From Dehalococcoidia bacterium (lineage in GTDB: Bacteria; Chloroflexota; Dehalococcoidia; Plut-88900), in assembly GCA_965249275.1 (NCBI GenBank), contig CBDFLQ010000007.1, positions 256,001-320,000 of the forward strand: a stretch of DNA of 64,000 nucleotides. Reading direction: 5' to 3'. Every line of letters begins with the position of its first letter. The stretch's first letter is position 1. The notes below the pieces were generated by a model. It was not told the origin of the DNA. It made no database searches and saw only the letters and a list, made by a program, of their open reading frames with translations. The position numbers and the translations under genes were made by a program. Of this stretch, positions 56,959-64,000 are shown piece after piece.

Positions 56959-57746
56959 GCCATCCAGCGCAGGAACTCTTCCACTTCCCCTTGCCCCTCC
57001 AGCCGGTAGTCGGCCTTTTGCAACACTGCTTTCGGCGTCTCATCGTCCACCACGGCCACCGCTAGCCCCCTGAAGTCCCTCCCCAGACCTGCATCGTGCA
57101 CCGCATCAAAAGCGTCACAATCCGTAACGTCGTCCCCGAGGACTATCGCCCCCGTCAGCCCAAACTCTCGCACCAACCGACCCACTGCCGTTCCCTTGTT
57201 CACCTCTGCTGTTGGCCCCACCTCCACCACCATCTTCCCCTCTTTGATCGCCATATCACGGGTTTCAGCTAAAGCGTGCATCAGTTTCAGCACCGAGAGC
57301 CGTGCGTTCTCAGGGTCAGGAGCGTTGCGGTAGTGCACAGCCACGTTCACTCCCTTATCCTCCACGTATAACCCCCTGGTCCCGAGCCCCTCAACCTCCC
57401 TCTGCACCTCCCCCAAGAGTCCCTTGTCCAACTCTCCATTCGCCTCCGGTTCCAGTCTCCCCACCCCCCACACCTCCATCCCGTGATTCCCTAGGTAAGT
57501 GATTCCTCCCAGCCCCACCACCCCCCGCAGGAACCCCACCCCCCTCCCCGACACCACCGCCACCAAATCCAACTTCCCCGCCAATACCGCTAATAGGGCC
57601 CTGATGTTCGATTCAAGCATCGTATCCCGGGGATCATCGAAAATTGGCGTAAGCGTCCCATCAAAATCACTGAACACCCCGACCCTCTCGGCGCTCAAGA
57701 TGTGAGACAGCTCGTCCAGATGGTCCAAGGCACGCGGCGGACACAT
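56925..57746 (-). CDS. otsB: Trehalose-6-phosphate phosphatase
   Basis: DFDGTL, VSGR, GNHG, EDK..VHYR, NKG, GDDVTD. Confidence 0.9.
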   Translation of the reverse strand: MCPPRALDHLDELSHILSAERVGVFSDFDGTLTPIFDDPRDTMLESNIRALLAVLAGKLDLVAVVSGRGVGFLRGVVGLGGITYLGNHGMEVWGVGRLEPEANGELDKGLLGEVQREVEGLGTRGLYVEDKGVNVAVHYRNAPDPENARLSVLKLMHALAETRDMAIKEGKMVVEVGPTAEVNKGTAVGRLVREFGLTGAIVLGDDVTDCDAFDAVHDAGLGRDFRGLAVAVVDDETPKAVLQKADYRLEGQGEVEEFLRWMAYSSPRSERKP

Positions 57747-57819
57747 ACCCTCTTCGTCACGCCCTTCCCTATTCAAGAGACTTTTCCGCAACCCTGATTT
57801 CGAGTGGCGGATGGGTGGA

Positions 57820-58160
57820 CAAGTCCCCTCTTCCTTGATGGGAGAGGGCTAGGGTGAGGGTGTTCCGGACTCCGCAGAGTAGTTACGCAAAAGCCCCTTG
57901 ATTGCCCGAATGTCCCCTTTTTGAGGATTGTAAATGCTGCAAGTGGAACATCCGCCTTTGGAGGATGCGCCTTTAGCGTGCGCCAAGCTGAAAGCCCGCC
58001 GAGGCGGGGCGTGACCCCTGCATACCCGTCATTCCTGTGAAAACGGGAATCCAGGGCTGGCAATTCACCATTGATTAGTATGACTGAAATGCTCAATACG
58101 GCCCTGTTCCAGGTGTCATGCAAATGTCTTTCGCCGAGGAGAGCGAAGGTGATCCCAACA
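57820..58160. repeat. Cluster of REP-like/short palindromic elements
   Basis: cccctcttcc..gggagagggctagggtgagggtg; atccgcctttggagga; ctgaaagcccgccgaggcggg; gtcattcctgtgaaaacgggaatcca. Confidence 0.6.
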
Positions 58161-58165
58161 CATAT

Positions 58166-61100
58166 TCAACGCTGAGCCACCACAGCCTCGCGCCTTCCTC
58201 CATGAGCTTGCACTTCACCCTCCGGCACATCTATCTGCTCTACAACCTTCTCCAGCATCCGCTGCCACCCCTTCATCGTCATGTCCATGTCAATCCTCAC
58301 CTGCCTGCTCCCGACCCTCACCCGCCTCCCCACCCCCTGCATCCCCCGTCCGTCGACGCGCGCCTTCGGCCCCAGAAACACGACTACCTGCTTCCCTTCC
58401 CGCGCTATCCTCATTATCCCACGCTGAGACGCCATGAGCTTCAGCTTGAGCAGATACAAAAGGTTCTCTACCTCCGTGGGCCGGGCCCCGAACCTGTCCT
58501 GCATCTCCCCCGCAAGGTCGTCTACACCTGTTGTCTCCCTCATTCTGGCCAATCTCTGGTACAGGGCGAGTCTCACCTCCAGGCCCGGGACGTAGTCCTC
58601 AGGCAGATAGGCTGGGACCGGAATGTCCACGGACGTCGCGTTGTCCAGGGGCAGCACAAGGTTCGTGGCCCCGTTCGCGTCCATGCCCGCAAACCCGAGC
58701 TCCTTCAGTTCTTCTATTGCCCTGGCAAGCATCGCGCAGTACAGGTCGAACCCAACCGCTGCGATATGGCCGCTCTGCTCGACTCCCAGCAGGTTCCCCG
58801 CCCCCCTGATCTCCAGGTCCTTCATAGCAATCCTGAATCCTGCCCCAAGCTCCGTGGCCGCCTGGATCGCTTTCAACCGCTTCTCCGCCACCTCGCTCAT
58901 CGCCCTGTACCGCTCGAAGAAGAAATAGGCGTAGGCCCGGTCCGCCCCCCTTCCCACCCGTCCCCGCAGCTGGTATAGCTGAGACAACCCCATCCTCTCC
59001 GCCTGGTGCACGATAATCGTGTTCACGTTGGGCATGTCTAGCCCCGACTCGATGATCGTTGTGCAGACCAGGACGTCGTAGTCCTTAGCCGCGAAGTCGA
59101 GCATCACCTTTTCCAGCTGTCTCTCGTGCATCTGTCCGTGTCCCACGGCCACCCGCGCCTCCGGCACGAGCTTGCGCAGCCTCTGGGCCAGCGCCTCGAT
59201 GCTCTGCACCCGGTTGTGCACGAAGAATATCTGCCCGCCCCGATCGATCTCCCTGATCACCGCTTCCCGCACGACTTCGTCGTCGTATTCCTGCACATAG
59301 GTCCTGATTGGCAGCCGCTCCTCGGGGGGAGTCTCCATCGTGCTCATGTCCCGCACCCCGACCAACGACATATGCAGAGTGCGAGGTATCGGCGTCGCGC
59401 TCAGCGTTAGCACGTCCACCTCTTCCCTCATCTTCTTCAGTTTCTCCTTGTGCGCCACCCCAAACCGCTGCTCCTCGTCGATGACCACCAGCCCCAAGTC
59501 CTTGAATTCAACATCCTTCTGCAGCAGCCTGTGAGTCCCGATACACACATCCACCGTCCCCTCTTCCAACCTCGCCAGAACCGACTTCTGTTCTTTCACC
59601 GACCGGAACCGGCTCAGTACCTCTATCTCCACCGGAAAGGCCTTTAGCCTCTGCCGAAAAGTCTGGAGGTGCTGCTGTGCCAGCACGGTAGTAGGCACCA
59701 GCACCGCGACCTGCCTCCCGTCCAGCACCGCCTTGAACGCCGCCCTAATCGCCACCTCCGTCTTGCCATAGCCCACGTCACCACAGACTAGTCTGTCCAT
59801 GGGTCTCGGCTGCTCCATGTCCCGCTTTACGTCCCGGATCGTATCCATCTGGTCCAGGGTCTCGACATACGGGAACGAGGCCTCCATCTCCTGCAGCCAA
59901 GAGTTGTCCTGTGAATATGCGAACCCCTTCTTCATCTCCCGCTTGGCGTACAGGGACAACAGTTCTCGGGCTATCTTCTCCGCAGACTCCTTGACCTTCC
60001 TCTTCGCCCGACCCCACTCCTGCGTCCCGAGCCGGCTCATCGCCGGAGGCCCTTCCCCCGACCCTATGTAAGGCGTCACCCGGTCCACGCTGTCGTTCGG
60101 CACGTAGAGCCGGGCGCTGTCTGCATATTCGATTGTCAGGTATTCCCGCTCCCCCTCGTCCCGCCTCATCGTCGTGACCCCCACGAACCTCCCTATCCCA
60201 TGGTCGATGTGAACCACGTAGTCCCCAACCGCGATGTCCGAAGCAAAAGCCTCCTTCCGCAAAGGCCTCCGCCTCGACGCTCGTCTCTGCTTCACATACC
60301 CGAATATCTCCTTGTCCGTGAAGAGGACCAGCGGTTGTTTCTTGCTCCCCCCCTTCAGCGTCCATCCCTCTGCCAGGGCCCCCTGCACTAGCTTCGGCGT
60401 GCCGGGAACGGGAGGCTCGGAGATTGCTGTGGTTACAGGTACGAAGATGTCCAACTCTGCGAGAAGTTCTGACAGCCTTTCGGCCTGGTGACTAACTATC
60501 GTTACCCGGTGCCCTTCTTCCAGCATTCCCCTTAGGTCTCGAAGGAAATATCTCAGATGCCCCCCGAAGTTAGGCGTTGGCGCGAACCCCATCATCTCCG
60601 CCCCCGACTCCCCGGCCCGCTCCCAACCCTCCAGCCGAGCTACCCGGCCGGCCCCTTCCAGCGATTCAAGTATCTCGCTCCATTCAGGATAAGCGGGGGG
60701 TACGGTAGGAGGCAGTTCCTCTTTCTCGACCCGCGAGGATCGGACCTCCTCCGCCTGCTCCATCAATTCCGTGTATGCGTTCTCCAGCGAGACCCCGCCG
60801 TCCAGCAGAACAACCGCATTTTTAGGGAGATATTCCAGGAAGCTGCCCTTCAGGAACAGCTGCGCGTATGCTTCTCTACCCTCCACCCCCACCCCCAACG
60901 CGAAGCCCTCCAACTCCTCCTTGAACCTCGCCGCCACCTCTGCTGGACACCCTGACAGGTCTATCGATGCCCCCACCTCTTCAACCGTCGGCCCCGACTC
61001 ACCACCGTACAACGACTCCTTCGCAGGCCCGATCCGCACGGAGTTCAGGTTCTCCACCGAGGCTTGCGTTCCCGGATCAAATCCGCGCAGGCTTTCAACC

Positions 61101-61726
61101 TCATCCCCAAAGAAGTCCAGGCGTATCGGCCGGTCCTCCGTCGGGGGATACACGTCGATTATGCCGCCGCGACGAGTGTAAGTCCCAGGCACTTCAACCG
61201 CGGCGTCGTGCTCGTACCCCGCGGCCATCAGCCGCTCAATCAGATCCCGCGGGGCTATGCGTCCACCCGCCCGCACCTTAAATCCCAATTCCGCGTAGCG
61301 TTGTGGTGACAGGGTTTTCAATGCCAGTGCAGGGACACTGGTCACTATCACAGGCGCGGTGCTGCGCGTGCCCTTGAGCAGCAAGTCAAGCACCCGGATA
61401 CGATCCAGCGCGATGGACGGGTCCCACCCCCGACCCTCGTACGGCAACGTGTCGGGTTCCGGAAACAGATGGACGTTTTCAGGGGTAGACGACCAGAGGG
61501 AGACCTGTTCGTAGAGAGCGGTTGCACTGGCGTCCCGGGGCGTTACCACCACTATGGGCCGACCCAGCTTACTTCTTAGCGCTGCAACCAGGCACGGCTT
61601 GGCCGAGTCCAGCGCCACCCCCGACCACACCACCCCGGGTACTTTCGCCTTGGACGCGACTGACTTGCCGAGGCCCGCAAAAGAGGGGTCCCGGGTCAAC
61701 TGGTCGATCAGGCCCGTTAGGTCCAT
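58166..61726 (-). CDS. mfd: Transcription-repair coupling factor
   Basis: [70 protein letters not shown]. Confidence 0.98.
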   Translation of the reverse strand: MDLTGLIDQLTRDPSFAGLGKSVASKAKVPGVVWSGVALDSAKPCLVAALRSKLGRPIVVVTPRDASATALYEQVSLWSSTPENVHLFPEPDTLPYEGRGWDPSIALDRIRVLDLLLKGTRSTAPVIVTSVPALALKTLSPQRYAELGFKVRAGGRIAPRDLIERLMAAGYEHDAAVEVPGTYTRRGGIIDVYPPTEDRPIRLDFFGDEVESLRGFDPGTQASVENLNSVRIGPAKESLYGGESGPTVEEVGASIDLSGCPAEVAARFKEELEGFALGVGVEGREAYAQLFLKGSFLEYLPKNAVVLLDGGVSLENAYTELMEQAEEVRSSRVEKEELPPTVPPAYPEWSEILESLEGAGRVARLEGWERAGESGAEMMGFAPTPNFGGHLRYFLRDLRGMLEEGHRVTIVSHQAERLSELLAELDIFVPVTTAISEPPVPGTPKLVQGALAEGWTLKGGSKKQPLVLFTDKEIFGYVKQRRASRRRPLRKEAFASDIAVGDYVVHIDHGIGRFVGVTTMRRDEGEREYLTIEYADSARLYVPNDSVDRVTPYIGSGEGPPAMSRLGTQEWGRAKRKVKESAEKIARELLSLYAKREMKKGFAYSQDNSWLQEMEASFPYVETLDQMDTIRDVKRDMEQPRPMDRLVCGDVGYGKTEVAIRAAFKAVLDGRQVAVLVPTTVLAQQHLQTFRQRLKAFPVEIEVLSRFRSVKEQKSVLARLEEGTVDVCIGTHRLLQKDVEFKDLGLVVIDEEQRFGVAHKEKLKKMREEVDVLTLSATPIPRTLHMSLVGVRDMSTMETPPEERLPIRTYVQEYDDEVVREAVIREIDRGGQIFFVHNRVQSIEALAQRLRKLVPEARVAVGHGQMHERQLEKVMLDFAAKDYDVLVCTTIIESGLDMPNVNTIIVHQAERMGLSQLYQLRGRVGRGADRAYAYFFFERYRAMSEVAEKRLKAIQAATELGAGFRIAMKDLEIRGAGNLLGVEQSGHIAAVGFDLYCAMLARAIEELKELGFAGMDANGATNLVLPLDNATSVDIPVPAYLPEDYVPGLEVRLALYQRLARMRETTGVDDLAGEMQDRFGARPTEVENLLYLLKLKLMASQRGIMRIAREGKQVVVFLGPKARVDGRGMQGVGRRVRVGSRQVRIDMDMTMKGWQRMLEKVVEQIDVPEGEVQAHGGRREAVVAQR

Positions 61727-61876
61727 ACGATGGGAGTCCAAAAGCCGCGCAAAGGATTCTAACAAATGTGCGCAAGAAAGTAAGGAACGTAATGGTCGTG
61801 ATTTCTTTGGGGCAGGCGTACGCCCGGCTATAATGTGTCTGCACGCCGCTTCACAGCACCCTATAGGAGACCATCG

Positions 61877-63133
61877 ATGAGCACCGAGGCCACAATTATT
61901 AGCATCTCGCTTATTGCGTTCTTTATGGTGCTGTCAGCCTTCTTCTCCAGCTCCGAGACCGCATTCATGTCTCTCCAGCGGGTGAGGATACTCCACCTTG
62001 CCAACATAGGCCGGGCCGGAGCCAAGAAGATGCTGGACAGGATGGACCAGCCCGAGCGGACCCTATCCACCGTCCTCCTGGGTAACAATCTGGTCAACAT
62101 CGCCGCCGCGGCAGTCGGTACAGCCCTCGCAGTGGCGTGGCTTGGGGAAAACCTGGGGATCGCAGTGGCTACTTTGGGCATAGCGTTCCTCCTTCTCGTC
62201 TTCAGCGAAGTCATTCCCAAGACCTTTGCAACTCGCCACGCCGAGTGGCTTGCCTTCCGTTACCTTAGACCCTTCGCCTTGGTGGAAGTCTTACTCTTGC
62301 CTGTCTCCGTCTTCCTGGAGCTCATCGGACGCGGCATTATCAGTCTGAGCGGCGGGCGGATTGGCGCTAGAAATCTGGTCAGCGCCGAGGTCCTCCGCTC
62401 CGTCATCTCCGTAGGTCGGGAGCACGGCGCAGTCGACCGCGAAGAAGCCAAAATGCTCCAGAACGTTCTTGTTTTCAGGGACCGACTCGTCAAAGAGGTG
62501 ATGACCCCGCGCACCGAGATGGTGTGGCTCGACGAGGACACCACCCTTAACACTTTCCTTGACGAATACGACACCGCCCCCCTCTCCCGATTCCCGGTCT
62601 ACAAAGAGGCCTACGACAACGTAGTCGGTATCCTGCACACCCGGGACGTCATCAGGGCCCTGCACGGCGGCCAGGTGCAGTCCGACAGCCAGCTCATCGA
62701 GCTAGTCCGCCCGATCCAGTTCGTCCCCGAAACCAAGCGCCTCGGCGACCTCTTTTTCGAAATGCGCTCCTCCGGTCAACAGATGTACCTCGTCGTCGAC
62801 GAATACGGCGGAGTCTCAGGACTCGTAACCAATCAGCAGCTTGTAGCCGCCATCATGGGTCGAGTCGCGGACGACGAGGCCGGTCGGGACGAAGTCGAAG
62901 AGCTGGAGTCCGGTGCTTTCCAGGTCGACGGCGGAATGCCTATTCAGGAAGCCAACGAGACCCTCGGCTTCAATATCCCCGACGGTGACTACGAGACCAT
63001 TGCAGGCTTCGCCCTCGATATCCTCGCCCACATCCCCACCGAGGGCGAAGCCTTCCGCTTCCAGGGACGCCGCATCACCATCTCCGAGATGAAGGGTGTT
63101 AAAATCGAAAAGTTGCTGGTCTCCAAACGCTAG
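61877..63133 (+). CDS. Hemolysin/CorC (CNNM: DUF21-CBS-CorC) family protein
   Basis: SAFFSSSETA, LGNNLVN, EVIPK, VMTPR, SRFPVY, VDEYGG, YETIAG. Confidence 0.92.
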   Translation: MSTEATIISISLIAFFMVLSAFFSSSETAFMSLQRVRILHLANIGRAGAKKMLDRMDQPERTLSTVLLGNNLVNIAAAAVGTALAVAWLGENLGIAVATLGIAFLLLVFSEVIPKTFATRHAEWLAFRYLRPFALVEVLLLPVSVFLELIGRGIISLSGGRIGARNLVSAEVLRSVISVGREHGAVDREEAKMLQNVLVFRDRLVKEVMTPRTEMVWLDEDTTLNTFLDEYDTAPLSRFPVYKEAYDNVVGILHTRDVIRALHGGQVQSDSQLIELVRPIQFVPETKRLGDLFFEMRSSGQQMYLVVDEYGGVSGLVTNQQLVAAIMGRVADDEAGRDEVEELESGAFQVDGGMPIQEANETLGFNIPDGDYETIAGFALDILAHIPTEGEAFRFQGRRITISEMKGVKIEKLLVSKR

Positions 63134-63169
63134 TCCCTCCTCTCTCGAATCCCATCACCAATCACCAAT

Positions 63170-63784
63170 ATGCGAATAATCCTCGTTAGACACGGCGAAA
63201 CCGACGCCAACAAGCAGGGGCGATTCCAGGGCGCCAGCGACGCCCGGCTCAATGACACCGGTCTCTCCCAGGCCGCGGCCCTCGGACGCCGACTTGCGTC
63301 CGAGAAGCTCGTTGCCGTCTACTGCAGCCCCCAGACCCGTGCCATCCAGACCGCAACCCCCATCGCCGAGGCCCTCGGCCTCCCCATCGAGACCTTGGAC
63401 GGACTTCGTGAGCTGGATATCGGCGAGCTCGACGGCCTCCAGGCCAACGACCTCCGGGAACGTTATTCCCACATCCTCGATCAGTGGCGCACAGACGTCG
63501 GCACCCTCACAATGCCCGGCGGGGAGTCCATTGTCGGTCTGCAGCTGCGCACGTGGGAAGCCATCCAGAAGATTCGCGAACGCCATGAGGAAGACATCAC
63601 CGTTGCCGCCATCAGCCACAATTTCGCCATACAGAGCATCCTGATCAAGGCCTTGGGTATGGATCTGCGAAACTTCCAGCGTATTAGGCAGGACCTGGCC
63701 GCAATCAGCGAGGTCGACTTCAGGAACGGCGAGCCCTCCCTCAAGTCCCTCAATGATCGGTGCCACCTTTCGGGGCTGGCTTAA
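63170..63784 (+). CDS. Histidine phosphatase family protein (CobC/PspA/GpmB-like)
   Basis: LVRHGET, QG..D..LN, SP..RA.QTA, PGGES, SH, LNDRCHL. Confidence 0.9.
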   Translation: MRIILVRHGETDANKQGRFQGASDARLNDTGLSQAAALGRRLASEKLVAVYCSPQTRAIQTATPIAEALGLPIETLDGLRELDIGELDGLQANDLRERYSHILDQWRTDVGTLTMPGGESIVGLQLRTWEAIQKIRERHEEDITVAAISHNFAIQSILIKALGMDLRNFQRIRQDLAAISEVDFRNGEPSLKSLNDRCHLSGLA

Positions 63785-63808
63785 CCGAACCCCGAGGAGG
63801 CTCCTGTC

Positions 63809-64000
63809 ATCACTGGAAGTAAGAAATCCATCAGTGCGCTAGAATCGCCCGTCCGCGCGTTCATCCTCGACCACGGCCTCGCCCACGACCCACGACCTCT
63901 TGTCCTTGGCGTCTCCGGAGGCCCCGACTCCCTATCTCTCCTCCACGCCCTACACCACCTCTCTCCCGAGCTAGGTCTCTCCCTCCACGTCGCCCACTTC
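63809..64000 (+). CDS. tilS: tRNA(Ile)-lysidine synthetase, N-terminal part (3' truncated); probable ATC start
   Basis: LVLGVSGGPDSLSLLHAL..LHVAHF PP-loop; no ATG/GTG/TTG in frame after TAA 63782; AGGAGG 8 nt before ATC. Confidence 0.85.
   Translation, partial: MTGSKKSISALESPVRAFILDHGLAHDPRPLVLGVSGGPDSLSLLHALHHLSPELGLSLHVAHF

Overview
GC-rich bacterial chromosome segment. Gene content suggests Chloroflexota, probably Dehalococcoidia/SAR202-like (inference from paralogous luciferase-like monooxygenases, CaiB/BaiF CoA-transferases, amidohydrolases and an F420-type split-barrel protein). The left ~42 kb is mostly catabolic/accessory. It also holds recQ, a cobalamin riboswitch-btuCFD operon trailed by a cobU relic, tRNA-Ile2(CAT) and a Fic gene. 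The right ~22 kb is core: rpsF-ssb-rpsR-hom-thrC-folE, glyA, comF, otsA/otsB, mfd, a CorC-family gene and the start of tilS. Main leads: (1) an operon encoding an HO-like diiron oxidase fused to an MLE-type enolase, a GH3 acyl-adenylate synthetase and a YUCCA-like flavin monooxygenase, a candidate undescribed small-molecule pathway; (2) a mycothiol-like cluster (MshA, MshB, MshD-like, a phosphatase) with no MshC but a FemAB-like GNAT; (3) three genes apparently starting at Ile codons (ATC/ATA), including tilS; (4) a lipoprotein cassette bracketed by a duplicated gene 3' end; (5) a 92-bp-period palindromic array upstream of fic; (6) an unrecognised structured glyA leader. All family assignments are by motif recognition; no database searches were run.
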